A stretch of DNA of 64,000 nucleotides from Eledone cirrhosa. Its lineage: Eukaryota. Location of the stretch: NCBI GenBank assembly GCA_964016885.1, contig OZ024742.1, positions 227,168,001 through 227,232,000 of the forward strand. The letters are read 5' to 3'. Positions 13,469-29,500 of the stretch are shown here, in pieces; the stretch's first letter is position 1; every line of letters begins with the position of its first letter. Both the position numbers and the translations under genes were made by a program. Below the pieces are notes generated by a model that made no database searches, was not told the DNA's origin, and saw nothing but the letters and a program-made list of their open reading frames with translations.

Positions 13469-15023
13469 TGTATTCATATTTAAATCTATCACAGTAAGAC
13501 TTTTTATTGTTAGACTATGTTGTATGCAGTATGTAATATTAGGTTACATTCTAAACACTAATGTAATATTATATTTTACAACAAAACAAAAATAAATTTT
13601 TGATGAAAAAAATTGTGCATATCCAGTTTACTATAGGTACACGATATCCTTGCATGTTATAAGAGGTGACTATAAGGTTTAGTAACAGGAAGGATATCAG
13701 GCTGTAAAACATTGCATCAAAAAAGGATTCCATGATGAGTATGGACCCTATAATGATGCTCACAATGCTTTAACAAGAAAATATAGCTTTAAAATGCTTG
13801 TTGCATTGTCTAAAAGTTATTGAAACATGTGAGCATGTTAGCTTTACTTTTCATCCTTATGGAGTCGATAAAATAAAGAACCAGTAACATACTGAGGTCG
13901 ATTTAATTGACTTTCCCCTCCCCCAAAATTGCTAGCCTTGTGCTTAAATCAGAAACCATTGTTTCATAAAAAAATAAGATTACAAAAAGGGTTAATGAAA
14001 TATTTTGAACCCCTCTCCCTCTCTTTGTTTCTGTTATGTTAGCGAATTAATATTTAGGTGTAACCCACTGTAGAATACTTAAAACACGCACACGCACACA
14101 CATCTCTCTCTCTTAAATAATTTACAATCTGCCTGATAATTAACTTATTAGCAAAAACACTAATTAAAATGGTCCCCCTTTAACTTCGAAATTTAAAAAT
14201 TTTTCTAAAAATTAATTGAAACGAGAAATATGATCACAAAAGGGTTGGTGAAATATGAATTATGTCAAAAACATGACACCCTCTCTAGTGCTGGTGGCAG
14301 TGGCATGATAAAATGCACTTGCTGTACCTGGTAGAGTGCACGAATGTATGTAAGTGAAATAGGACCTCCAACCAATCTGAAAGGTCAATAACTCCAATTA
14401 AATACTGACTTTGTCTGTGATGACCTGTCCAACCCTTGCTAACGGGGTAAACAAATGTTAAATGATGATTATGATGATTCTGTATGTTTGTGTCGTATCC
14501 CCTCCTCTTGTTTTTGCTCCTGTTAAGTAAAGTTATTTCATTTTTTTTTTTTTTTTTTGTGAATACCTGGAATAAAACAGTGTTTACTTACCTTTAATTA
14601 ATTCTCAAGTGTAACCCAGGTAGAAAGATAGCTGTTGAAATATATATACAAGATTTCTATAACCCAAAACTAATTTGTTGACATAGTTTTTAGTAGTTAC
14701 TTGGTAACAATACTTTGCAAGATTGCTTTCCTCTCCAGAATTAAGCTTTTTGATAAGTAACTTCTTTTATAAACTCCTCCCACTTTAATCCCAATGACTT
14801 ACCCCAAAAAACTACTAAGTTCTCTCTTCTCAACTAATCCCATGTCTCTATATAACCTGTCGATGGCCAATTCAAAGTTATCGGTCGGTAGTTTGTTTAA
14901 TTACTTGTTGGGGCATGTAACAAGAAGAGGTCTGTATGAAATGTAACTTTCTGATTGGTTTTGATATATAAAGTATCTTCTTACGATTTTGTGGAATTGT
15001 TTGTTTTATAAATCTGTTGGATC

Positions 15024-15654
15024 TTAACCCTTTCATTACCATATTTCTAATGAAAAACACTGCCTTATTGTTTTCAAATCATTCTGAAAATATTCAAGAT
15101 TTTAGAGGGATTTATTATTATAACTCATTACCAAGCTGGTGTTAAAAACATAACTTACGAAAAAGTTATGGTGGAAAGTTTTTATATCAATACAAGCACT
15201 TTAACCCCTTCATTTTTATATTTCTAATAGAAGACACTGCCTATAATTTTCAAATCATTTTGAAAATAATCAATAATTTGAAGAGATTTAGTTAAATAAC
15301 TTTCTTGTTATTAAGCTGGGGTTTGGAATGTAACATACGAGAAATTATGATGGCAGTTTTTTAGGTAAATATAGATACTTTAACCCTTTAGCATTTATAT
15401 TACTCTATATTTACTATTGTATTTTTGTGGTAAAGGCTTTATCACACATAATTATCTCATCGAATCTATGAGATTTTGATGTTATTTTTTTGAGAACAAT
15501 ACCTTAACATCAGTATGAGTGGCCAGTTATCTCTGGTTTGAACAGAAAGAAGTGATAGAATTCTGGCCAGATGCAGTCTGTTTAAATGCTAAAGCGTTAA
15601 GACAGCTTTGTATTGTAGAACCAGTTTCAGTTGGTTTGATATTAAAAGGGTTAA
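15024..15654. mobile_element. Nested MITEs: A (15024), A (15200), B (15380-15600)
   Basis: Three ttaaccc starts; B termini ttaacccttta gcattta / tttaaatgctaaagcgttaa; A right end aaaagggttaa at 15654. Confidence 0.75.
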
Positions 15655-15964
15655 TCAACCATTCAAACGTTCCTAAGGCACCATTTTATTTCTCTCTCTT
15701 TTAAATGACTTAATGTTTCAACCTGTTAAATAGCTTGTTATGAATGAGACTAATTAAAATATTTTCCCCATTAACCTTTAAATTATTATATTGATTTGGA
15801 GAGAAACACTTAGAAAAGCCAATGGTACTTGAAATTTTTCAGTGCAAAAACCAAAGCAATATTTTTGTTTGTTTTTCTTTTCTTTTTTGATGATGGTGAT
15901 GACGATGTAGGAGAGTGCTTGGGAGATTATAACAACTAAACACCAGGGTTTACAAAACAAGAGT

Positions 15965-16332
15965 CAAAATGTGCCTTCTTGATCTGCTGAGGTGGAGGGT
16001 CTAAGGGCCAAAGCATGCGCTGTTGATCTGCTGAGGTGGAGGGTCTAAGGGCCAAAGCATGCGCTGTTGATCTGCTGAGGTGGAGGGTCTAAGGGCCAAA
16101 ATGTGCCCTGTTGACCTGCTGAGATAGGGGGATGTAATGGCCAAAGTGTGTCCTGTTGATCTGCTGTGGTCTAAGGGCCAAAGTGTACCCTTTTGATCTA
16201 CTGAAGTAGGAGGATGTAAGGGTCAAATTGTGCCCTGTTGATCTGCTGCTGTAGAGGGATGTAATGGTTAAAGTGTTCCCTGTTGATCTACTGAGTAGAG
16301 GGGGTCTAAGGGTCAAAGTGTGCCTTTTTGAT
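15965..16332. repeat. ~44-bp minisatellite, ~8 copies, degenerating rightwards
   Basis: gatctgctgaggtggagggtctaagggccaaagcatgcgctgtt starts at 15981, 16025 and 16069. Confidence 0.9.
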
Positions 16333-17417
16333 TTGTAAGTACACCACCACCATGTCTGATATGTGCCCTATTTATGTTTGTTGTGTGGGGAACATAAATA
16401 CCAGAACAAGCACCACAAAGCTTGTCTCACATTCTGATAATGACCCTACCCAAAAGTGAGTGTTAGGTTGGACCTTTGTGTAAATACAACACTACTATGT
16501 CTGGTGTTTCTCTTCTTCATAAGTTTGTTGTGCAGAAGACATCAATGAGCTTTTGGATAATTTATTACAAATAATAATAATACTAGATGGATTAACATAT
16601 ATTGACATTGGTTGTTGTAAATTGTTATCTTAACACCAAGAACAATCTAAAAACAATTGTAAATATTTTATTTACAGTGCGGCTGTGTATCTGTATGTGT
16701 AGTATGTATCTGTGTGTGCTGCCCCCCCCCCCCTCGTCAATGTGTGCATGTGTGTAATATGTATGTTTGTGTGTTTATCTGAATGTATAGGTGTAGTGTA
16801 TGTATGTGCCTGTCTGTGTATCTGTGTGTGTCTGTATGTATTTGTATGTGTGTTTATCTGTATGTTTGTGTGCATATGTGTTTGTGTGTGTATGTGTTTG
16901 TGTATGTACTTGTGTGTTTATGTGCCTGTATGTGTGTATGTGTTTGTATTTGAGAGTGTGACAGAGATAGAGACAACTAAGTTTATGATATATTGGACTA
17001 TGCCAGTTGAAATGTCCACAGTGGACAGTGTTGGTGGCACACTTCATTGCTACTTGACCTAGGTAAGTTACATGTGATATGCTCTCTAGCCTTTTATTCA
17101 GTGTAATGTTTGTCTCTCATCTACATCTATAGTATACTTCATACCTACTTGACTTTAGTTGATATATCTGTATAAAGTATAGTTAGTATATTATGTTTGT
17201 TTTTGGTAAATTGTCTCTCGTTTAGAGATTTTTCACTGTCTTAACCCTTTCATTACCATATTTCTAATGAAAGCCAGTGCCTACTGTTTTCAAAACATTT
17301 TGAAAATAATCAAGAATTTGGAGGGATTTAGTCATATAACTTTGTCATTATTAAAATGGTATTTAGAACATAAAGGTTCTTACATAAAATTATGATGAAA
17401 AGTTTGTTGATAAATAT

Positions 17418-19014
17418 ACTTAGTTTTCGTCGACTTGGAGAAAGCCGTCGACAGAGTCCCCCGTTCCATTATCATAAAACTAGGTGTTGATGAATGGCTT
17501 GTGAGAGCTATACAAGCCATGTATAAAGAAACAGTCAGCAAGGTTAGAAATGACAACGAATATAGTGAAGAGTTTAGCGTAAAAGTTGGTGTTCATTAGG
17601 GCTCTGTTCTTAGCCCCCTACTATTTATTATTGCCCTTCAGGCTATAACAGTGGAGTTCAAGACCGGCTGCCCATGGGAACTCCTATACGCAGATGATCT
17701 AACGCTCATAGCTGAATCAATGGCCGAGCTAGAGAAGAAATTCCAAACATGGAAGCACGGCCTAGAATCAAAAGGCCTTAAAATTAACCTGGCTAAGACT
17801 AAAGTTCTAGTTTGTAGGAAAGAAAATAAGGCGCCGGTCCCTTCCGGGAAATGGCCATGCTCAGTGTGTAGGAAAGGCATAGGTAGAAACTCCATTTTAT
17901 GTCCCAAATGCAAAGTATGGGTGCATAAAAGATGTAGTGGCATCATAGGTAAGCTAACTAAGAACGTGGATTTTACATGTGGCCGGTGCTCTGGTGCAAT
18001 AAGTAGCAGCAAGTGCCCACAAAATACTAGCTCTTTCAATTGCGCAGAGGGTTCTATAGAAATAGTGGACAGCTTCCGTTACCTGGGTGACAAAATCAGC
18101 AGTGGGGGAGGGTGCTCTGAAAGCACAGTAGCTAGAGTCAGAACTGGATGGAAAAAGTTCAGAGAGCTTATACCACTATTAGCCGCTAAAGGGTTCTCCC
18201 TAAAAATGAAAGGCAGGCTGTATGATGCCTGCATACGAACAGCAATGTTGCATGGCAGTGAGACCTGGGCATTGTGTGCAGAGGATATACACAGACTAGA
18301 GAGGAACGAAGCTTGCATGCTCCGCTGGATGTGTAATAGTAATATACGCGAACGGCAAAGCATAAACGAACTAAGGGAAAAATTAGAAATAAGAGGGATC
18401 AGATGTTGTTTACTCGAGAGAAGGCTACGTTAGTATGGTCACGTGATGCGCATGAAAGACGACAGCTGTATAAAAAAGTGCAGGGCAATAAAGATAGACG
18501 GTAGCCACGGAGTAGGCAGACCCAGAAAAACCTGGGACGACCTGATAAACTCCGACCTCACACACTTACACCTCTCCAAGACAATGTCACTGGACCGAGA
18601 TCTTTGGCAGCACTCAGTAATAGAGAAGACCCGCCTTACCTAAATACAAAGTAAAACCTACTACAGTCAGTAGGCATCTCTAACAAAATACACCCCCGTC
18701 CCACCACCCCCACCCCATCCACACCGCCCCTTTCAATGTAAAGTTATGTTGGTGCCACAACATCCAGGCTGAAACAAATGAGATTGTGTAGGTGTCACGA
18801 CAAAAAAAACACACAGTCCACGCTGTAATGTGGCCGTGTAGGCAACACGGTAAAAACCTCCCAGACCCACACTGTAAATGTGATTGGTGTTAGGAAGGGC
18901 ATCCAGCTGTAGAAAACCCGCCAGACAGTCCTATGCGAGCAAGACAACCACTCTTGCCTCAAGTGGGAAAACTCCCGTCCAAACCCATGCAAGCGTGGAA
19001 CATGGATGTTAAAC

Positions 19015-19050
<36 letters not shown>
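17418..19050 (+). mobile_element. 5'-truncated RTE LINE, close paralogue of 1450-3562
   Basis: Near-identical sequence by eye including 3' UTR; premature stops (CAG>TAG ~17597, TGG>TAG 18431-18433); (gat)n tail. Confidence 0.93.
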
Positions 19051-19187
19051 AAATAATTCAAAATAGACATTAAATGAAATGATGGTGTGAGAAAAATGGA
19101 CAAGAGTCTGGTTGCTCAATCAACTGAGTGACCTACTCATTGAATTGTCATTCCAAATGGCTGAATATTCCATAGGCACGTGTACCC

Positions 19188-19416
19188 TTAACCCTTTAGC
19201 ATTTACAGTACTCTATATATACTATTATATTTTCATAGTAAAGGCTTTACCTCACATAATTATCTCACATAATATCAAATCTATAAGATTTTGATATGAG
19301 TTATTTTGAGAACAATACCTTAACATAAGTATGAGCTGCTGGTTATGGTTTGTTTGAACAGAAAAAGGTGGGAGAATTCTGGTCGGATGTGGTCGGTTTA
19401 AATGATAAAGGGTTAA
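19188..19416. mobile_element. piggyBac-type MITE family B inserted in an older SINE-like repeat
   Basis: ttaaccctttagcattta...tttaaatgataaagggttaa. Flanks (tggctgaatattcc...acagtccacctgacaggcttcc) are contiguous in the copy at 63670-63800. Confidence 0.75.
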
Positions 19417-20522
19417 TGAAATTCTCAAGTGGAATTTGTGTTACTGTTGAATTACAAATACAGTCCACCTGACAGGCTTCCAAACAGTTTCGGTCTACGC
19501 AGTTTCATTCACAGGACTGCTTTAAGTCCAACCAATGTTATGTTAAAGACACTTGTCCAAGATACCACACAGTGCGATCAAACCTGACACCTCATTATTG
19601 CAAAACCAAATTCTTAATTATTCTATTTAGTAATGTCTGTACCTACATATATATACTTGTGTGCAGACAAATATGTATTTTTCTGTGTGTTGGTGTGTGT
19701 GTTCATGTGAGTGCATGTCTGATGTCATGTTCTAGATTAAAATTTTCATGGGCATTCAGCTGTAGAAAGCTTGCCAAACAAAGGGTTAGGAGGCCCTTTT
19801 AGTTGTATCAAAGACATGACAGCCTCTCCTGTGCACTCGGTAATATGTGAGATTCTACGTAAGGGACATAACAAACTCCTAGCCTGTCTGGGAGGTCAGA
19901 AGCCATGCTTCAGTACTGACTTAGTCTATGTAGACCTGTCCAACCCTTACTAGCTGGGAAAACAGATGTTAAAATGATGATGATGATGATGATGATCCTT
20001 CTAATGAAGCAAAATAAGGAGCATTTTAAGACCATTTTCCAAGCTAAATCAGAAGTTAACCATGTGGGGGTCCTACCACAGGTTTCATACTCATCAAGGG
20101 GTCCTTTTTTTAAGCAATATTCCACCACCAGATGCCCCTTCTGGCACCAACTCTGTCACCTCTTATGACACAGCATAATAATACTGGGGGTGAACTAGTG
20201 GTAGTGGAATGTGGTGATAGAAACTGTGATGGTTGGGAAGGTGAGGTGGTGATACTGGTGGAGGGGTGATACTGGTGGTAGGGTGGGTGAGGTAGGGGTG
20301 GTGGGGTGAGGTGAAGTGTGAGATGGGGTGGATGTTGATGGCTGGTTGTGTGGATTGTGGGTAGTAGTTCTGATCTGTGGAATACATTAAACCTGGCTAT
20401 TTTATAGTTATGAGAAATCAGTTTCTCTAAACCTGATATCTCTGTTGGAACTAATTATTCTGATGGTTAGATCTAGTTTATGACACACACACACATACAC
20501 ATACTGTCTTTGATAACGTTTT

Positions 20523-23500
20523 TTACTACTACTACTACTACTAACACCACTACTACTATTACTACTACTAACCACTACTACTAACACCACTACTACTACT
20601 ACTACTACACTACTACAACTACTAACACCACTACTACTATTACTACTACTAACTACACACTAACACCACTACTACTACTACACACACCACTACTACCACT
20701 ACCACCACACCACCAACCTACTACCACACCACCACCACCACCTACCCTACACACCACCACCACCACCCTACTACCACCACCACCAACCCTACCTACCACC
20801 ACCACCACCACCCTACTACCACCACCACCACCACCAACCCTACTACCACCACCACCACCACCCTACTACCACCACCACCACCACCAACCCTACTACCACC
20901 ACCACCACCAACCCTACTACACCACCACCACCACCAACCCTACTACCACCACCACCACCAACCCTACTACCCACCACCACCACCAACCCTACTACCACCA
21001 CCACCACCACCAACCCTACTACCACCACCACCACCAACCCTACTACCACCACCACCACCAACCCTACTACCACCACCACCACCAACCCTACTACCACCAC
21101 CACACCACCACCAACCCTACTACCACCACCACCACCACCCACCAACCCTACTACCACCACCACCACCACCGACCCTACTACCACCACCACCACCACCAAC
21201 CCTACCACCACCACCACCACCAACCCTACTACCACCACCACCCCACCACCAACCCTACTACCACCACCACCACCACCAACCCTACTACTACCACCACCAC
21301 CACCAACCCTACTACCACCACCACCAACCCTACTACCACCACCACCACCAACCCTACTACCACCACCACCACCACCAACCCTACTACCACCACCACCACC
21401 AACCCTACTACCACCACCACCACCACCAACCCTACTACTACCACCACCACCACCAACCCTACTACCACCACCACCACCACCAACCCTACTACCACTACCA
21501 CCACCACCAACCCTACTACCACCACCACCACCACCAACCCTACTACTACCACCACCACCACCAACCCTACTACCACCACCACCAACCCTACTACCACCAC
21601 CACCACCAACCCTACTACCACCACCACCACCACCAACCCTACTACCACCACCACCACCAACCCTACTACCACCACCACCACCACCAACCCTACTACTACC
21701 ACCACCACCACCAACCCTACTACCACCACCACCACCACCAACCCTACTACCACTACCACCACCACCAACCCTACTACCACCACCACCACCAACCCTACTA
21801 CTACCACCACCACCACCAACCCTACTACCACCACCACCACCACCAACCCTACTAACACTACCACCACCACCAACCCTACTACCACCACCACCACCAACCC
21901 TACTACTACCACCACCACCACCACCGACCCTACTACCACCACCACCACCACCAACCCTACCACCACCACGACCACCAACCCTACTACCACCACCACCACC
22001 ACCAACCCTACTACTACCACCACCACCACCAACCCTACTACCACCACCACCACCAACCCTACTACCACCACCACCACCAACCCTACTACCACCACCACCA
22101 CCACCAACCCTACTACCACCACCACCACCAACCCTACTACCACCACCACCACCACCAACCCTACTACTACCACCACCACCACCAACCCTACTACCACCAC
22201 CACCACCACCAACCCTACTACAACCACCACCACCACCAACCCTACTACCACCACCACCACCAACCCTACTACCACCACCACCACCAACCCTACTACTACC
22301 ACCACCACCACCAACCCTACTACCACCACCACCACCAACCCTACTACCACCACCACCACCACCAACCCTACTACCACCACCACCACCACCAACCCTACTA
22401 CCACCACCACCACCAACCCTACTCCACCACCACCACCAACCCTACTACTACCACCACCACCACCAACCCTACTACCACCACCACCACCAACCCTACTACC
22501 ACCACCACCACCACCAACCCTACTACTACCACCACCACCACCAACCCTACTACCACCACCACCACCAACCCTACTACCACCACCACCACCACCAACCCTA
22601 CTACCCACCACCACCACCACCAACCCCTACTACCACCACCACCACCAACCCTACTACCACCACCACCACCACCAACCCTACTACCACCACCACCACCACC
22701 AACCTACTACCACCACCACCACCACCAACCCTACTACCACCACCACCACCACCAACCCTACTACCACCACCACCACCAACCCTACTACCACCACCACCAC
22801 CACCAACCCTACTACCAACCACCAACCCTACTACTACCACCACCACCACCAACCCTACTACCACCACCACCACCAACCCTACTACCACCACCACCTACCA
22901 CCACCAACCCTACTACTACCACCACCACCACCAACCCTACTACCACCACCACCACCAACCCTACTACCACCACCAACCACCACCACCAACCCTACTACAA
23001 CCACCACCACCACCAACCCTACTACCACCCACCACCACCAACCCTACTACCACCACCACCACCAACCCTACTACCACCACCACCACCACCAACCCTACTA
23101 CCACCACCACCACCAACCCTACTACCACCACCACCCACCAACCCACTACCACCACCACCACCACCACCAACCCTACTACCACCACCACCACCAACCCTAC
23201 TACCACCACCAACCCCTACTACTACCACCACCCACCACCAACCCTACTACCACCACCACCACCAACCCTACTACCACCACCACCACCACCAACCCTACTA
23301 CTACCACCACCACCACCAACCCTACTACCACCACCACCACCAACCCTACTACCACCACCACCACCAACCCTACTACCACCACCACCACCACCAACCCTAC
23401 TACCACCACCACCACCAACCCTACTACCACCACCACCACCACCAACCCTACTACCACCACCACCACCACCAACCCTACTACCACCACCACCACCAACCCT

Positions 23501-26500
23501 ACTACCACCACCACCACCACCAACCCTACTACCACCACCACCACCACCACCCTACTACCACCACCACCACCAACCCTACTACCACCACCACCACCACCAA
23601 CCCTACTACCACCACCACCCACCAACCCTACTACCACCACCACCACCACCACCCTACTACCACCACCACCACCACCAACCCTACTACCACCACCCACCAC
23701 CAACCCTACTACCACCACCACCACCAACCCTACTACCACCACCACCACCACCAACCCTACTACCACCACCACCACCCACCACCCTACTACCACCACCACC
23801 ACCACCACCCTACTACACCACCACCACCACCACCCTACCACCACCACCACCACCAACCCAACTACCACCACCACCACCACCAACCCTACTACCACCACCA
23901 CCACCACCAACCCTACTACCACCACCACCACCAACCACTACCACCACCACCACCACCACCCTACTACCACCACCACCACCACCAACCCTACTACCACCAC
24001 CACCACCAACCCTACTACCACCACCCACCACCACCAACCCTACTACCACCACCACCACCAACCCAACACCACCACCACACCACCAACCCCACACCACCAC
24101 CACCACCACCACCCTACTACCACCACCACCACCAACCCTACTACCCACCACCACCACCAACCCTACTACCACCACCACCACCAACCCTACTACCACCACC
24201 ACCACCACCAACCCTACTACCCACCACCACCACCAACCCACTACCACCACCACCACCACCAACCCTACTACCACCACCACCACCACCAACCCTACTACCC
24301 ACCACCACCACCAACCCTACAACCACCCACCACCACCAACCCTACAACCACCACCACCACCAACCCTACGACCACCACCACCACCACCACCCCTACTACC
24401 ACCACCACCACCACCCACTACTACCACCACCACCACCAACCCTACTACCACCACCACCACCACCAACCCACTACCACCACCACCACCAACCCACTACCAC
24501 CACCACCACCACCCCACTACCACCACCACCACCACCCTACTACCACCACCACCACCACCAACCCTACTACCACCACCACCACCACCCTACTACCACCCAC
24601 CACCACCAACCCTACTACCACCACCACCACCAACCCTACTACCACCACCACCACCCACCAACCCTACTACCACCACCACCACCAACCCTACTACCACCAC
24701 CACCACCCACCCCTACTACCCACCACCACCACCAACCCTACTACCACCACCACCACCACCAACCCTACTACCACCACCACCACCACCAACCCTACTACCA
24801 CCACCACCACCACCCACTACCTACCACCACCACCACCAACCCTACTACCACCACCACCACCACCAACCCTACTACCACCACCACCACCAACCCCACTACC
24901 CACCACCACCACCAACCCTACTACCACCACCACCACCACCAACCCTACTACCACCACCACCACCACCAACCCTACTACCACCACCACCACCACCAACCCT
25001 ACTACCACCACCACCACCAACCCTACTACCACCACCACCACCAACCCTACTACCACCACCACCACCACCAACCCTACTACCACCACCACCACCCACCCAA
25101 CCCTACTACCACCCACCACCACCACCACCAACCCTACTACCACCACCACCACCACCACCCTACTACCACCACCACCACCACCAACCCTACTACCACCACC
25201 ACCACCACCAACCCCCACTACCACCACCACCCACCAACCCTACTACAACCACCACCACCACCACCCTACTACACCACCACCACCACCAACCCTACTACCA
25301 CCCCCACCACCAACCCTACTACCACCACCACCACCACCAACCCTACTACCACCACCACCACCACACCCTACTACCACCACCACCACCACCCCTACTACCA
25401 CCACCACCACCAACCCTACTACCACCACCACCACCACCAACCCTACTACCACCACCACCACCCCAACCCCCTACTACCCACCACCACCACCAACCCTACT
25501 ACCACCACCACCACCACCAACCCTACTACCACCACCACCACCACCAACCCTACTACCACCACCACCACCAACCCTACTACCACCACCACCACCCCCAACC
25601 CTACTACCACCACCACCCCACCACCCAACCCTACTACCACCACCACCACCAACCCTACTACCACCACCACCACCACCAACCCTACTACCACCACCACCAC
25701 CAACCCTACTACCACCACCACCACCAACCCTACCTACCACCACCACCACCACCAACCCCTACTACCACCACCACCACCAACCCTACTACCACCACCACCA
25801 CCACCAACCCTACTACCACCACCACCACCAACCCTACTACCACCACCACCACCACCAACCCTACTACCACCACCACCACCACCAACCCTACTACCACCAC
25901 CACCACCAACCCTACTACCACCACCACCACCACCAACCCTACTACCACCACCACCACCACCAACCCTACTACCACCACCACCACCAACCCTACTACTACC
26001 ACCACCACCACCCCCAACCCTACTACAACCACCACCACCAACCCTACTACCACCACCACCACCACCCCCAACCCTACTACCACCACCACCACCACCAACC
26101 CTACTACAACCACCACCACCAACCCTACTACTACCACCACCACCACCCCCAACCCTACTACCACCACCACCCCCAACCCTACTACCACCACCACCACCCC
26201 AACCCTACTACCACCACCACCACCACCAACCCTACTACACCACCACCACCAACCCTACTACTACCACACCACCACCCCCAACCCTACTACCACCACCACC
26301 ACCAACCCTACTACCACCACCACCACCACCAACCCTACTACAACCACCACCACCAACCCTACTACCACCACCACCACCACCCCCAACCCTACTACCACCA
26401 CCACCACCACCAACCCTACTACCACCACCACCACCAACCCTACTACTACCACCACCACCACCCCCAACCCTACTACCACCACCACCACCCACCCTACTAC

Positions 26501-29500
26501 CACCACCACCCCCAACCCTACTACCACCACCACCCCCAACCCTACTACACCACCACCACCACCAACCCTACTACAACCACCACCACCAACCCTACTACCA
26601 CCACCACCACCCCCAACCCTACTACCACCACCACCACCAACCCTACTACCACCACCACCACCACCAACCCTACTACCACCACCACCACCAACCCTACTAC
26701 ACCACCACCACCAACCCTACTACCACCACCACCACCACCAACCCTACTACCACCACCACCACCAACCCTACTACCACCACCACCACCACCAACCCTACTA
26801 CCACCACCACCACCAACCCTACTACTACCACCACCACCAACCCTACTACCACCACCACCACCACCAACCCTACTACCACCACCACCACCAACCCTACTAC
26901 CACCACCACCACCACCAACCCTACTACCACCACCACCCACCAACCCTACTACCACCACCACCACCACCAACCCTACTACCACCACCACCACCACCAACCC
27001 TACTACCACCACCACCACCAACCCTACTACCACCACCACCACCACCCCCAACCCTACTACAACCACCACCACCAACCCTACTACTACCACCACCACCACC
27101 CCCAACCCTACTACCACCACCACCACCACCAACCCTACTACAACCACCACCACCAACCCTACTACTACCACCACCACCACCCCCAACCCTACTACCACCA
27201 CCACCACCAACCCTACTACCACCACCACCCCCCAACCCTACTACCACCACCACCACCACCAACCCTACTACAACCACCACCACCAACCCTACTACTACCA
27301 CCACCACCACCCCCAACCCTACTACCACCACCACCACCAACCCTACTACCACCACCACCACCACCAACCCTACTACCACCACCACCACCACCAACCCTAC
27401 TACTACCACCACCACCAACCCTACTACCACCACCACCACCACCAACCCTACTACCACCACCACCACCAACCCTACTACCACCACCACCACCACCAACCCT
27501 ACTACCACCACCACCACCAACCCTACTACTACCACCACCACCAACCCTACTACCACCACCACCACCACCAACCCTACTACTACCACCACCACCAACCCTA
27601 CTACCACCACCACCACCACCAACCCTACTACCACCACCACCACCAACCCTACTACCACCACCACCACCACCAACCCTACTACCACCACCACCACCACCAA
27701 CCCTACTACCACCACCACCACCAACCCTACTACCACCACCACCACCACCAACCCTACTACCACCACCACCACCACCAACCCTACTACCACCACCACCACC
27801 AACCCTACTACTACCACCACCACCACCCCCAACCCTACTACAACCACCACCACCAACCCTACTACTACCACCACCACCACCCCCAACCCTACTACCACCA
27901 CCACCACCAACCCTACTACTACCACCACCACCACCACCACCAACCCTACTACTACCACCACCACCAACCCCTACTACCACCACCACCACCACCACCAACC
28001 CTACTACCACCACCACCACCAACCCTACTACCACCACCACCACCACCAACCCTACTACAACCACCACCACCAACCCTACTACCACCACCACACCACCACC
28101 AACCCTACTACAACCACCACCACCACCCCCAACCCTACTACAACCACCACCACCAACCCTACTACTACCACCACCACCACCAACCCTACTACTACCACCA
28201 CCACCACCAACCCTACTACCACCACCACCACCAACCCTACTACAACCACCACCACCACCAACCCTACTACCACCACCACCACCACCAACCCTACTACCAC
28301 CACCACCACCAACCCTACTACCACCACCACCACCAACCCTACTACCACCACCACCACCACCAACCCTACTACCACCACCACCACCAACCCTACTACAACC
28401 ACCACCACCACCACCCTACTACCACCACCACCACCACCAACCCTACTACCACCACCACCACCAACCCTACTACAACCACCACCACCACCAACCCTACTAC
28501 CACCACCACCACCACCAACCCTACTACCACCACCACCACCACCAACCCTACTACCACCACCACCACCAACCCTACTACAACCACCACCACCACCAACCCT
28601 ACTACTACCACCACCACCACCAACCCTACTACCACCACCACCACCAACCCTACTACAACCACCACCACCACCAACCCTACTACCACCACCACCACCACCA
28701 ACCCTACTACCACCACCACCACCAACCCTACTACCACCACCACCCCCAACCCTACTACCACCACCACCACCGACCCTACTACCACCACCACCAACCCTAC
28801 TACCACCACCACCACCAACCCTACTACTACCACCACCACCACCCCCAACCCTAGTACCACCACCACCAACCCTACTACTACCACCACCACCACCACCAAC
28901 CCTACTACCACCACCACCCCCAACCCTACTACCACCACCACCACCACCACCGACCCTACTACCACCACCACCACCACCAACCCTACTACCACCACCACCA
29001 CCACCACCGACCCTACTACCACCACCACCACCACCGACCCTACTACCACCACCACCACCAACCCTAGTACCACCACCACCACCACCGACCCTACTACCAC
29101 CACCACCACCACCAACCCTACTACCACCACCACCACCCCCAACCCTACTACCACCACCACCACCAACCCTACTACTACCACCACCACCACCAACCCTACT
29201 ACCACCACCACCACCACCAACCCTACTACTACCACCACCACCACCAACCCTACTACCACCACCACCACCACCAACCCTACTACCACCACCACCAACCCTA
29301 CTACCACCACCACCACCACCAACCCTACTACCACCACCACCACCAACCCTACTACCACCACCACCACTAACCCTACTACCACCACCACCACCGACCCTAC
29401 TACCACCACCACCACCACCAACCCTACTACCACCACCACCACCACCACCACCACCGACCCTACTACCACCACCACCACCACCGACCCTACTACCACCACC

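Noticed and set aside
16980-17068. Possible exon ending in a strong donor (ctag|gtaagt)
   Set aside because: No convincing acceptor, stops in the frames read, no similarity to RSPRY1.
22600-26600. Zone of frequent 1-nt indels in the C-rich array
   Set aside because: Pattern is typical of long-read consensus error; cannot be called biological without reads.
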